Shown: positions 1-13,061 of the stretch, one piece after another
How positions within the stretch are numbered: the first letter of the stretch is position 1
How the letters are laid out: each line of letters opens with the position of its first letter
Assembly: GCA_030295235.1 (NCBI GenBank)
Contig: AP026179.1
Span: 124,001-188,000 of the forward strand
Direction: 5' to 3'
Length of the DNA: 64,000 nt
From: Fistulifera solaris
Lineage: Eukaryota
Made by a program: the position numbers and the translations under genes
Notes under the pieces: generated by a model
The model's database searches: none
Told to the model about the DNA's origin: nothing
The model's input: the letters and a program-made list of their open reading frames with translations, nothing else

Positions 1-420
1 CTCGGAGCCAAAGCTTCCGGCTTTTCTTCTCGCGCATTGGAAGACTCGTACAACAAGGTCCATGAAATTCTCAAGGGCGGTGACAGCTTCCTTGCTGGTG
101 TCCATTTCGATGGTGCCCATTCACCGAAAAAAGCCGCTCTCAAGTGGAACGGAACGTGGAACTATGGATGCCGCTTGTGCCCCAACGATGATGACACGCT
201 CGGAGATGCTTCGGCTGTTGGTGGATACGTGGGAGAGCTTGGCTGTGCCCTCTGTGTTCCCGACAATGGTAACTTGCGCGGGGACGAGACTGTCGTGCGT
301 GCTTGGGAAGCCGAGTACACCGCGGCCTTGCTCGAGAGTCCGTACGCGGAGTTCGACAACGTCAAGAACTGCAAAATTGACATTGTCGCCAAGTATTCGG
401 ATGCGGCCGCAAAGGCTTAA
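1..420 (+). CDS. 3' part of an uncharacterised Cys-motif protein, truncated by the window start
   Basis: Frame 1 is open from base 1 to TAA at 418-420, with coding-like GC. Contains two similar motifs, GCRLCPND and GCALCVPD. Confidence 0.6.
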   Translation, partial: LGAKASGFSSRALEDSYNKVHEILKGGDSFLAGVHFDGAHSPKKAALKWNGTWNYGCRLCPNDDDTLGDASAVGGYVGELGCALCVPDNGNLRGDETVVRAWEAEYTAALLESPYAEFDNVKNCKIDIVAKYSDAAAKA

Positions 421-666
421 GTAGATGATGGAAAACGCGTCTTTTCAGAGAGATAGAGAATTAACACGAAAAACCCACGTGCTAACTGAAAAGAATACAT
501 AAGAACTTATGATGGTTTAATATTTTTGGTAGCGAGCCTTGGCTGCTTTGCATAGCGCGACAGCTGTGATTCGTACAGCCTCATTAGAGTGAATTGATAC
601 AAGATTGATGAGGGGCAGCTGCCATAGCTCAGCTTGAGTTCAAAATAAGGTGAGCAAACGACAAGC

Positions 667-2880
667 TTAGATTGTAACTTCGGCTTCTTCAACGATTTCT
701 GCTAATTCCATCCATCGAAGCTCCTTCTCGTCCAACTCAGCTTGTATCTTGTTAAGTTTTTCCGTCATGTCAGCTAATACGGACCATCCTTGATCCGCGC
801 TATTGTCGATTTCAGCTTGCTGCTTTTCTATTTGGGAACGTAGCTTATCCATAGACTTCTCCAAGTTGTCCATTTCCTTCTTAGATTGTCGAATTGCGTT
901 TCGTTGTTCGTTTCGTTTCACCTTGTCCTCCTTATAGTTTGACTTACGCTCGTCACTAACACGAGTCGGCGTCTCGTTTTCCATGTCAAGCAACGTTGTT
1001 GCATATTCCGACAGTTTACCCTCGAAATCAATCACTTCTCCGTCACCCTGGAAGACGAACAGATGATCCGTAACTTTGTCGGCGAACAAGCGATCGTGGC
1101 TGACAACGACAAGAACACCTTTGTATTCTTCTTGCAAGTAAGTTTCCATGGCCTGTAAGGTATCCAGGTCACAGTCGACGCTGGGCTCATCGAGTACCAG
1201 AAAGTTGGGCCGTTGACTAAGAACAGATAAAAGCTGTAGCCGACGTTTTTCACCTCCACTTAAAACCGATAATCGATCGGACCACCTGTTCCTCGGAAAT
1301 TCAAATTTTCGCAATAAGCGCCGAGCTTCGTCTGTGGACACACTCTCTGATTTATCCGCCATTTGCACTCGTTCCACCACAAACTCTAGTACCGTTTGTT
1401 CTGGATCATCGATGGTCAAACCCAGCTGATCATACACACCCATAACGATCGTTTCGCCTACATCTACAAATCCCGAGTCTGGCTTTTGTTGACCGGTCAT
1501 AATCCTTACAAATGTCTAGAATGAAAAAGGGTCAGAGTGACGCACATATCGTGCAATAAGTCGTAGCACTGATAAAGACTCACAGTTTTTCCAACTCCGT
1601 TACTTCCCGCAAGGCATATTCTATCACCAGGCAGAAAATCATAGCTGAAATTCTTCAATACAACTTTTCTTGAAAAAGCCAAGCTGACATCTTTCATCGA
1701 CAAAATCTCTGTTCCCAAGCGACGAACACTTCCTTCTAAAAGCAAGTTTGCATCCCCTGATGAACAAAAACACAGCAACTTTAGTTTTACAAGTCAGAAA
1801 AATTTTGTAAGAACTGTGTGTCTGCAAGGACTTACGAGGCCTTGGCTTGGTACTTTTCTCAAGCTTGTAGAATGCATCAATCCGAGTCTTCGATTTAGTC
1901 TGTCTCGCCTGCGGTTGCCGTCGCATCCAATCAAGCTCTACTCGATATTTTGCTTTAGCGCTTTGTATGGCAGCGTCATCTCTTGCCAATCTTTCTTCTT
2001 TAGCGGTGAGATAGTCGGCATACTTCCCCACGTACTCGTACAGCTTTCCTTGATCGAGCTCTAAAATTCGATCACAAACTTGATCTAAAAAGACCCTATC
2101 GTGCGTCACCATCAATATGGTCAGTGCAGGGTCGGCTAATAACTCCTCGAGCCATTGTACACCAGCTAAAGAGAGGAAATTAGTCGGTTCATCCAGTAAC
2201 AGGACATCGGGCTCTTGTACGAGCGCGGCCGCGAGCGCCACACGTTTTCGCTCTCCTCCCGATAGTTGCGAAAGCGGCTTTTCTTGCAAATGACGAACAC
2301 GTAAACGCGTCGCAACTTCTTCCGCCTTTGTCAAAACGGCCCATCCCTGCTGTCGATCCATATCTGCTGTCACTGCCGAAAAAGCCTCTGGATGTTGGTC
2401 AGCTTTAGTGGATGCTTGGATGTACCGCCGCACCGTTCCGTATACAGATGCATCTTGTTGTTGATTTGCCGCGTTCATGTCTAAGATACCTAAAAGAGCA
2501 TCGGCTACCGTAATATCACTCGGCATGGGCGGTTCTTGCTCTACCATGGCCACGCGCACTGTTTTCAACGAAGTCACTTGTCCCGAATACGAAAAGGATA
2601 CTTTTTCACCACCCGTCTTTTCGGCCAAAATTTTGAGAAGAGTCGACTTGCCGGCTCCATTTCGTCCGACTAAGCAAACTTTCGCTCCTCGAGGCAAATG
2701 ATATGACACATCATTCAGCTGAAAAGTGTTTCCTCCATCATGACTGCAGGTTAAACGATCCAAAGAAAGAACCGGAGGTGCTGCATCTAGTCGCGTCAGA
2801 CGTCGTGAAACATAGGCGGGTAATTGAAATGAAAGAGATCTCCCCACAAGTAATGCGACGATGATAATTGGGGTTTTCAT
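667..2880 (-). CDS. ABC-F family ATPase (Uup-like), probably plastid-targeted; 3 exons
   Basis: Two ABC domains (GRNGAGKST / LSGGERKR / LLLDEPTN and GSNGVGKT / LSGGEKRR / LVLDEPS), no TM helices, C-terminal coiled coil. GT-AG introns at 1757-1835 and 1516-1583 join the ORFs in frame. N-terminus MKTPIIIVALLVGRSLS-FQLP looks like a bipartite presequence. Confidence 0.88.
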
Positions 2881-3383
2881 GGTGTTGCTGTTATTTGGGC
2901 GTCTACACGTCTACACTCATTTTGTGATGTTTGTCGATCGATGAGGTTTTATCCGTTTTTTCCCTTTTCCTTTCGCGGTGCGCGGTTTTTGGTTACTCAG
3001 TACGTAGTACTGTACTGGTACGGAGTATATTTTTGCGTCAGACTTGCGGGACGACGGACGGTCGAACATCACGATCACAGCATAGCGCAGCGGGTACCGG
3101 TACCGGTACGTCCTGTTAAATATACTTCCCATTTGATAGACCGCTAACATTCTTCATGGGCCCAAAGATAGTCGGAAACGTACATCGCGCATGTTCTTTA
3201 TCGCCAACGTAAAATCAATAAAAAATAAAAAAATTACTACGTAATACGGAGTAACTGAGATCTCGATGACTGCAGTCTGCAGGCTGCAGGCTTGCTAATC
3301 GAGGGGGAATTGTCAAGGTGTAAGAACAAAGTAACGCAACAAACGTTCTCTTCTTCGATTACTTGAACATCGCGACGTAACGA

Positions 3384-4726
3384 ATGTTGCAATCGAAGGC
3401 CCACTCGTTGTTGTTTCTAGTACTCGTTATTGCACAAACATGTCGAGCCATTTACACCCTTCGGCAGACTTTATCGGACGAGAATACCTTGGATCTAGGA
3501 CGCTCTGTCGCATTGGAAATCGAATCCGGATACATGGTAGTCGGATCATCGAGTCAATTGGCTCAAATCTATACATATGATACACGACACGATGACAAAT
3601 GGAAATTGCATCAGCAAGTTACCTCCAAGTCGCCGATAGACGACAAGTTTGGATGGTCCGTTGCCATAGACGGTCGCTATGTGGCCATTGGGGCACCGTT
3701 TGCTCTCAATCCACAAGGCGTACAAAGAGGTGCCGTTTACATTTACCGAAAAAGTACGCTGAGACACAATTGGGAGTTACAGCAGACGATTTATGGAGAC
3801 GAAACGCACGGTGAAGAATTTGGTCATGCGGTGGCGATGCACAATCAACATTTGATTGTTTCGGATCGTCGACATAATGAGATTAGTGCTAGTGCAGGAA
3901 GAGCTGTAAGAGAATAACATGAACGCGAGTGTATCAAACATCCATCGTGGATTCTCATATTTATTGTCTCATTTTTTCCAGAGTGTGTTTCAAAGAGAAC
4001 GGCGGTCGCGAACCTACACGTTACAGAACAATCTTGTGGCCAGTGATGCCGCCAATGGTGATCTCTTTGGATATTCTGTCTCCATTTATGGTGATTTTGC
4101 GGCCGTCGGTGCCATTGCCGATGATGACGGCGCAACGTCGACGGGAGCCGTCTATGTTTATCGCAATCAGGGGAGGCAACTGGGAATTCTTCATCAAATT
4201 ATTGCCTCCCATTCCGCAAACCCTCAAAAGCTATGGAGAATCTTTGTCGATTTATGGAACAACCATTGCGATTGGCGCTTTGCGTCACGACGGAACACAT
4301 GACAATCAGGGTGCTATTTATGTTTACGATTTAGACGACGGGAGCTTTACCTTGACAAGTGAACTACTGGCGCCCAGTCCGAGTAGCAACGATCAGCTAG
4401 GGCGATCTGTAGTAATCCGTGATCAGACAGTAGTCGCTGGGGCCTGGAAAGACGACGTTGGAAGTGTTGCAGATGCTGGCTCATCGTATGTCTATTTGAA
4501 AAAAAACGGTGTTTGGACCTTTGAAGAACAACTGCTACTGGACCCGCCTACAACGCTTGATGAATACGGCGGCTCACTTGCACTTGGCTGTGACGGAACC
4601 TTGCTGGTAGGTGCTCCCAGTCGTTTCAGCGAAAAAGGAGCTGTTTCGATCTATCAGGATAATCGAGTTAGCTCGTTCCAGCAATGGAAGTGCAAACGTT
4701 TCCGCTGGCGAAGAAATATAGACTAG
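3384..4726 (+). CDS. Secreted FG-GAP repeat beta-propeller protein
   Basis: Signal peptide plus repeated FGWSVAI..VAIGAP / FGHAVA / FGYSVS / YGGSLA..LLVGAP motifs. Intron 3906-3981; apparent frameshift near 4170. Confidence 0.8.
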
Positions 4727-5547
4727 CTGGAGAGAACATATCGATGCCATACTTACCTGTATAGCCGATCTACATTGTAATTAAAAGCCTTTTAAAGTCA
4801 TGTTTACCGTTATTTCGAACAGGATGACGTTGTCATCAACGACCAGAGCCAGCAACAGTTTTAATCTCAGGGCGTCCTTGGCTACATCTCATGGCGAGCA
4901 TGAGCGGCGGAGCAATACGTTCCATAACCTCTCTTCTGCCCGCGGTTCGCAATCGTCTGCATTAAGGATACTCTTCACTCCGTATCTCTACCTGATCAAA
5001 GGGCTTGGTTCCTTAAGATCTGGCATGTCCGGGATGTGCGTACTCGACACTTTTATTCGACTACTTAAGCATCAGCGACTAATCGTGGAAACAAAATAGC
5101 ATCATCGCCGACGCTTATCGCTCCACTTAAAGTCATCTAACAAAACTTCTTTTCGAATGAGAAACGAATGAAAAACAAGTGATCAACTACTGAGTAAACG
5201 AGTATTGCATCTACTAGAGAAACTGTCTTTTAACATTGTAACTTTTTTATTGCATTCTTTACGCTTTATTTGATACGACAATCCCTAATGAAAGATAAAT
5301 CAACAGCAAGGTGCGATTCAAATTTCACGAAGTGTCCCAGACGTCTTTATTGACATGTTACTACTCGAGAAAATAGTTCAGCAAAATAAATAACGTTCAA
5401 CAAAGCTACCATCGACTCTTCTCATTTCCGAGTTGACGAGAAAGAAAGAGAATAGCAAAATGATTCAACGTACAATATTCTATTACGTTGTTTTTACGGA
5501 CACAGCTGAAAGCGCTTATATCGTCGGTCGACATTATGAATTTCAAA

Positions 5548-5745
5548 CCATCAAGTAATAGATGTTGCCCCTGTGGGAAAGACGCAACATATTAACCTTA
5601 ATTGTTAAATTCAAATCTCAAAGGCTTCGCTTCTATGGTAACCTAACGAGTAAAACATTGATTACTTTATTGTAAGCGCAATAATTTCTTATCCATCAAG
5701 TGGTTGATGTTTTCATTGTGAAAAAGACGCAATATATTTGCCTAG
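5548..5745. repeat. Diverged ~50-bp direct repeat, copies ~145 bp apart
   Basis: ccatcaagtaatagatgttgcccctgtgggaaagacgcaacatatt (5548) vs ccatcaagtggttgatgttttcattgtgaaaaagacgcaatatatt (5693). Confidence 0.6.
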
Positions 5746-6525
5746 TAATATATTAAGCTATCACAAATCAATTGACTTATAAGCCACGGGTTTTCGCTGA
5801 CGACTGAAGAAACTTCCTTTAGGATTTCACGCGACTAAAAAAGAAATAAGTTACGGTGACTCAGCGTGTCTTTCCTTTATTTGAAAGAAGATAATAAAAG
5901 AGACACTAAAAACTCATCGGCACGCAGAACAGCGAACTCGATAACCATAGATTCTAGTACAGCGAGGTTAACGTAAATAGTTTAATCTTACCCAAGTTCT
6001 TTTTTTTGCAGTCACCTTACAAAAATACAATGCAGTGATCTTTTAGTCATTCTACCGTCAACATTTCATTGAGTAGTTATTGTACCAAAGTGCGGGAACT
6101 CGTCATCATATAAAAGCTTACCTTTTAAAAAAAACAAGAGATGTAGCTTTTTCACTAAAACAAGTCACTTGGTTCACAAGAAGTACACCATGTCTACGTA
6201 AGACTATGATAACATAACACAAATGGAATTACGAGCGACAAAAGATTATGGGTTCTCATATTGCTTTACCTATTTGCCTTAATGGTCAGTTCACAGGTTT
6301 GCAGGTTATACTTCCCTTGCTATTTTTGGCGCTTTATAGCAAGGCCACGCCTCGGTAATACTCCCTCCGATTCTGTTGATGTAGCGAAAACACTATTCCA
6401 TTCACAGATCTTAGTACCAATTTTTATTTTTTCACTTTTCATTTGACTTGAATGAATTAACTAGAGTTCATTTATACCTCAAGCCACACCTCTTGATTAA
6501 AAACAATTCAAACCACAATTAAAAA

Positions 6526-6871
6526 CCAACAGGTCTTCTTGATGGATGCACATGTTGATCTTAAGCGAAGTCCGACTGCGCGAACAAAATTTTACCATAA
6601 CTTTTATAAGATCGGCAATATTTTTTCCAAAATACGAAGCTGTTGCTTTTTTTTCCTATGCTTAACATAAGAAAAAACAAATGCTGATTCGGTCTAAAGG
6701 GCCAACAGGTCTTCTTGAAGAATGCACATGTTGAGCTTAAGCGGAGCCCAACTGCGCAAACAAGCTGTAACCATTACTTTTTTAGGATCGGTAATATGGT
6801 TTCCAAATACAAAGCTGTTGCTTATGGTTTCCTATGTTAAACATTAGAAATAGGAAATGCTGAATCGGTTT
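6526..6871. repeat. Tandem direct repeat, 2 diverged copies, period 176 bp
   Basis: Both copies start ccaacaggtcttcttga (6526, 6702) and align through gcacatgttga, cttaagcg, gatcgg, aagctgttgctt, aaatgctga. Confidence 0.85.
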
Positions 6872-8016
6872 CAATTCTGGACTGCAACAAAGATATAGTC
6901 ACGTTTAATCACATATAACCTAGATTCGTTTTTTAAGCAGAGAGAGTTGTTTGGTAATGACAAAAGGCGTCTCAATAAATTTGCAAAATGAATATTGGTC
7001 CTATCCATTACCTGCTAGTAAGGGGTATTGCTATGGAAAGTTAAGCGCCCAAGATTCGTCTTGCTTTTTTGCTAGATGTTTCTTCTTATGCATGAGCTGG
7101 CTCGAATCATCCTGTGAGCACGACTAGAAGTATTTGATTCAGTTTTGGCCTCTAGCTGCTTCCAGGTTCCCCGTATTGTCTCTGCTGCGTGTTCTCAGAG
7201 TGCCGGTAATTTTTAAAATGGTGTACGAATACATTCTGTTCGTAGTTACGCCTGAAGCTGGCCCTCGTAGCTTCGTGCTGATTGTTGCTCTTGTTCGCCT
7301 ACACCGAGTACCATGTAGTTATCGATTGTGTCAATAAATGCTTGCCGTGCAAATGAAGTGGGGGATTGGTTATAGCTGATGACTGCTGATCATCGAGGTC
7401 TACGAGACATGAACGAATGGATTGGCTGAGGCGAGTTCGGAGGATCAATCTAGGATCCATCAAGGTACCGGTACCGTACCCCTTTTTGGATCCATAGTCA
7501 ACTGGTCCATCCATACCTATTAGTCCCATATGAGCACCATGTCGACTGCCAGACGGCAGGTGATTCACGACTCACTCAGTCGATAATCGCGATGACCCGA
7601 TGTGCTTTTAATCGTTTCTTTCGCAATGACCATGAGGCGATAGGATAACCATTGCAAGAGAAAGCTTTCTTCCTCCTTTTCCTTCGGTGTCCTTCAGAAG
7701 TAGAAATCATGTTGAAACGACCAAGCTCCGATTGTGACAGCATTGAAGATATTGAGCTGCAATCGCTCACGGTGAGTTGCGCGTCCAGCGTTAATCTTTT
7801 GCCTCCCGATGACGAGACGAAAAGATAAACTAGTTCAGAGATTTCGAGTAACTTATTGTACAGTGAAAACAAACAATGCTAATCTTCTATCCGACGGGAA
7901 ACTTGCTCGAAAGCGGTGAGATCCAGAATTTGTCGAACAAAACAATCTAACATTCTTTTATTGTTGCGTGATTCTCAACAGTCGTCGACTGCTACACCCA
8001 GCACGACCAATACTAG

Positions 8017-8544
8017 CAAAAGCCGCATTTTCGAGACAGCTTATGGGGCTGCTGTAATGCAGGCCCATTTCATCCCAGCTTGTGGCTGTCTTGTTGCTGC
8101 CCGGCGCTTGCCGCGGCTCAGTTTGTACATCGCGTCAAGTGGATCAAAGTATCATCACCTAATTTCTTTCGACGTATGGCGGTTGTGTGTGGATCATATG
8201 CAATCGTTCGACTGCTATGTTTAATAGCTGTAGCGCTGACGGATCCGAATCTAGACAAGCATTTTCATGACAAAACAGATTTCATTGAACCCGGCTGGAT
8301 TTATCACATCGCGGCGCATCTAGACTCGGCATTGGCCTACTTGATGTGGATTTTGACCGGTCTATGGTTATGGCGACTGCGATGGAGAACTAGGCAGCAG
8401 GATCGAATTTCGGGCCATTGCAGCGAGGACATGTGTTGTAGTTTTGCCTGTCCTGGACTTGTAGCTTCGCAGCTATTGCGACACACGGCAGATTACGGCC
8501 AAGTTTCGGGTCGTTGTTGCACGAGAACAGGATTGGAAGCCTAG
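8017..8544 (+). CDS. PLAC8-family Cys-rich membrane protein (5' end uncertain)
   Basis: FRDSLWGCC...SLWLSCCCPALAAAQ, two hydrophobic segments, and EDMCCSFACPGLVASQLLRH. A possible upstream exon precedes the GTGAG at 7916. Confidence 0.7.
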   Translation, partial: QKPHFRDSLWGCCNAGPFHPSLWLSCCCPALAAAQFVHRVKWIKVSSPNFFRRMAVVCGSYAIVRLLCLIAVALTDPNLDKHFHDKTDFIEPGWIYHIAAHLDSALAYLMWILTGLWLWRLRWRTRQQDRISGHCSEDMCCSFACPGLVASQLLRHTADYGQVSGRCCTRTGLEA

Positions 8545-10088
8545 TTTCTTAACAATAGGATAGGCAACTTAAATTAGTGAAGCAAACTCGATGACGAAAC
8601 ACTCGACGCTTCCACTTTTTATATTTCCTGGAACCATTTTTCAAGCAAGACTTATTGCAAGCTCACTAGCTTGGGCCTTTTATCAGTTGTATTTCGAACT
8701 AAAATTGACTACGGTGTGTCAGAATCTTTGGGTTGTACGTGTCCCAATTAGGCGTTTGACGTTTTGACCAATACTCAGCTCGGGACTCAGGTCTGAGGTC
8801 TGAATGATGCATGTCCCGTCCGCCACACCGTGTTTGGTTATAGTGCGAGCCACACAACTCAAACAGAAGCACAGCAAAATACGAATAAACATGTAATTGC
8901 ACTAGTCGCTTATTGATGCTTGTTCTAAAAAACCTTACAGGAAAGAGGCAAATAGGCATTGAAAATGGAATAGGAGGTAGTTTGTGACAAAGTGATGGCT
9001 GGCGACGGCTGTGCTGTCAGAGAAAGCAGCACTCTCATAATGGTATGTTTGACCACTGCCTTGATAATTTGGATGGTTGGAAAACGTTCATGAACGAATG
9101 TCGATGAATGCCAAAAACAACAGAGCATTGGGTTCTGAACAATATTTGATGACAAGACGATTTACCAGTCGTCTTTATAAACAATTGAGGAGACATTTCG
9201 ATTCAAAGGACATTTGCCGAACGCAAAAGAAGACAAGGACGATTTTACCGAATCATAGGAAGTGCCGTCTGAGAACGATTATTTCAACAATTTGACACAG
9301 ACAACGGCCGAGCTTGGCTGATGAATCTTTCTGTGGTTGTTTTCTCCAAAAAGGATAAATTTTGCTAAAATAGCAGAAGAAGCAGGCACGAGGATTTGTT
9401 GGTTGGGATGTCAGTCGGTGTTCTGTTTTGTTGAATGTGTGCTGCTACACTCGGAAATAACAACAGAGTCTGTGTCGTTCGTTTTTCAGTCGATTTCCAT
9501 ATTTCGCTTCTCACGAAGATATTCTCACAGTTTTAGCTCTTTTCACTGCAACAGCATTTTTGAGTCATAGGATGCCACTACTAAAAAGGCAAGCCAAGTA
9601 ACCCCAAAGACGGCTTTCTTTCGCATCTAACTTCAATCAAATGGACCAGCACATGTCTGGAACGGTATGCATTCATAATTCATACACGCAGATCATTTGT
9701 CAGCCATGCTGTGTTTCGTTGAAAGCGAGTTATGTCCCATTTCTGTAGGGTTGTTAAGCCCCGAAATAGTCACACTAGGATGAACTTCGTTTTTTTATTC
9801 AAATAATGAGCCGTAGAACCTAGACCGAACTCTCGCTAAGCTTTACACCGTACTTTTACGCTGCACCTTATATTGCAAGTCTGTCCGGCGATACAGGCGG
9901 AATTATTATCGCCAAAAGTCTATTTTCTCTGATATGATGTCGAGTACCGTTTTCGATACAACGGAAAGGAAGCTGTGCGCGCCCGTCATCATGAGCGATA
10001 TAATAAATGCAGAGAGTCCTCGCATCTTTCCAAATTCTTACTCCGCTTGTCATCATTGTTGCTGCTGCAATGGGATGTAAAACGAAGA

Positions 10089-12965
10089 ATGACAGTAGAA
10101 ATGGAACTGAGGGATGCAAGCAAGGACTATCCAGCTGGATCCTCAAAGCTTGAGACATCGTATTCATCTGATGGATCTCCATCATCGCGCCGAGCCGTTC
10201 GGTTCGAGAATGTGCAGGAAGAGTCCGAAAGTGTCGTCCGACGAGAGAAGGGGTTCTCACCAACGGAAACGGATCATCACGCAGCTTACCTAAAGACCCT
10301 CCGAGAGTTAAGCACCGAGAAGCAGAAAAGGAGACGTAAAGAAAAGAATATGCTAAAACTGGCCCAAGAGCTAGGCAACCGGACCGAACAAGTCGCCGAG
10401 CGCGAAAAACAATTAAAGGCATTGAGATTGGAAATCGACGTTTTAAAGAAGAAGTTATTTGAAGCAACGAACGAGAAGAGTGAAGAAAGAGATGAAACAG
10501 GAAACGTGGAATGCAATGAACGCCAGTCAACGCAAACGGATGTGTCACGGTTGGAGAAGGAGCTTCACGAAAAGACCAACGAACTAACAATAGTGCAGCT
10601 AGACATAGCTGAACGATCTAAAGCACTCGAAATGCAGCAGGCGGAACTTTCAAAAAGGCTGAAGCATTGCGAGTCACGGAAGCGGAGCTCATGCGTGAAC
10701 GGGACGAGATTTCCGAGTTACGTCAGCATCTTGAAGAATTGAAGGGGGAATGTGTAAAACATACCCAAGAGCGAAACGATGAGATGAAGGTGTTAGAGAC
10801 TGACTTGACAGCGAAGAAAGATTTGGTAATGACGCAATCTGCGTCGGTCTCACTCTCAAAACGCAAAAGCAGAAATTGTAGAGTTACGCGACACGCTGAA
10901 ACTCACGCAGGCATCTCTCATCAAGTCAGACGAAACTATTACCAGTCACAAAGATCTTCTAAGCAGCCTTAACCTACAGGTGGTGCAGCTAAATGAGCAT
11001 ATCGCTGACATGCAAACCGACCTCGAGAAAGAAAGGGCGGAAGTTGAAAGACTTTCCAAACGAAGCATTGAACTAGAAGACGAGAAGGCTTCGTTGCGCC
11101 AGGATCTAGATGAAGCAACAAACGATATGATGTTTTTAAAGGCGAATGTTTTGGTCAAAGAGCGGCTACTGCAGGACATGCGCGAGGAGCTTCGTTTAAA
11201 GGAATCAGAATCTACAGCTACTGCGCAAACGAATACGGAATCTCTTAGAGTTTTGCAGGAGCAGTGTCAGAGTAAAGATGCTAGGCTTGATGCTGTTATG
11301 CTAGAACTTGCTCATGAGCGATCTGCATTTAAAGCTGTCGAGGAACAAAGACTATTGCTTGAAGACGAGTGTAAAGCCATCCGTATCGCAAAGGATCTGT
11401 CGCGACAAAAAAACGACAAGTTGCAGGACGAACTCAAAGCACTAAAGGCGTTGGCGATGGTAGAGGAGCTAACTGAAAACCATTTTCTCGTACGATCTAT
11501 CTTAGATGATAAAACAAATGAGGGTGTTAAAGTGTCTGCTGTCAACTCTTCAGAACAAGAAACTAAAGAAACGTTGAACGTGGAAGACGCAGCACGCATC
11601 GAGCTGCTAGAAGCTTCAAGACAAAGGCTACTTGACGATTGTAATTTCATAAGGCTTTCGTTGACTAAGCTGGAAGATGAAGTCAAAGGACTACTCCTGG
11701 AATTTGACTCGGATAAGAAATTATTTGCTGGTGTAGAGTCAAGCATCAAGGCCCAGCACATGGAGGCGACCCTGGTTCGTGAAGAATTGATGGGGTGCAA
11801 GATCGAAATTCAGGGGATGGCTGATGATGACACATGTTGTGACAATGGATCGGCTGGTGCCGAGCGGCTCATAGCGACGCTTGACAAAATTGTGAGCGGC
11901 ATGCTAGCAAATGTTGGTGTTATAACTCAAACGATTGAGTTTGTCTCCGAGCTGAAATTTACAGTCGAAAGGCTTCAGCACGACATGAAGGACCGAGACA
12001 AAAAGATCGCAGAGCTGGAGAACGAATTGAAGCGATTCGCTTCAAGAGACGCTGTGGTTCCTGAAGGAAATTCCATAAAAGTTATCGCTTTCAATAATGA
12101 TCTTGAGCCAAACATTCTGAAAGAGGAAGCCCGACAATCCCTATTGTCCGCTTTCGCAAGTTTCAATTCTGTACTGTCGACGCTTTCTGAACCGTCCTCT
12201 GAAAAACTGACGCGTGCCGTTGATAAATTACAAGCGACTTGCGGTGATATAAACTCCCAGATTTTTCTTCGCCTCGAATCGGAAGTGGCGTTGGCTCTTA
12301 AGATGAAAGTCGCTAGGGACAAAGCGATGCAGGCGCTAGGTCAGAATAACAAGAATATGGAAGAGACTGCAATGAACATGGAGAAAAACTTAGCAACGAT
12401 CAAGCAGGAGCACAGTAAGAAGATTGAAGATCTTAAGATAAAGCTTGCACAGGAGACTCAATCGAAGGATGACGCCAAGCGGGAGCATGATGCCGCTCTA
12501 CGATCTGTCGAAAATAAATATGTATCTACAGTCGAAAATCTTGGCAAGAAAAGTGATGAGCTGCTGACTGACTTTGAATTCGATATGCAAGGGCGTATTG
12601 ACAAACTGGAATCAAAACTGGACAAAAAGGCAGCTCGAATTCGCACACTACAAAGATTGCTTACTCATAAAATCCATCCTCACCGTCCTGAAACGCACAC
12701 GCCGTGGTTGTTTTGGTTTTCAATGCTTCTGGTCATCTTTGCCTTGCCAATCTTTGTGATGCTTGGAACTGAAGACCGCCAATGGTTTTGCGCATCATCG
12801 CCACCGTGGGAGCATGATCAGTCCAACAAAGTGCAGCCGTGGCAGCAGTGGTGGAGCAGCTTCAACAAAGTGCAAACACCGTCGAGCCACCCGTGGTGGA
12901 AATGGGAAAATAATGCACATCTGGACTGGATAGAAGCCAAAATATGTCGAGCGCACAATTACTAG
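10089..12965 (+). CDS. Long coiled-coil protein with a C-terminal TM anchor (frameshifted in the assembly)
   Basis: E/K/L-rich heptads run across three overlapping ORFs with frame breaks near 10675 and 10850. TM helix WLFWFSMLLVIFALPIFVMLG is followed by a short Trp-rich tail. Confidence 0.7.
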
Positions 12966-13061
12966 ATGAGAAGGAAATTGAAAAAGGGGGCTCAGTATAT
13001 TTTTAATCGTTGTGAACAAGCCCCTTTCTATACGTTAATGACAGTCTAGAGGCCGTGTCAG

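Noticed and set aside
6527..6810. PARP-type zinc-finger remnant in the 176-bp repeat
   Set aside because: Only a vague resemblance. The Cys ligands are mostly absent and differences between copies are not clearly biased to third codon positions.
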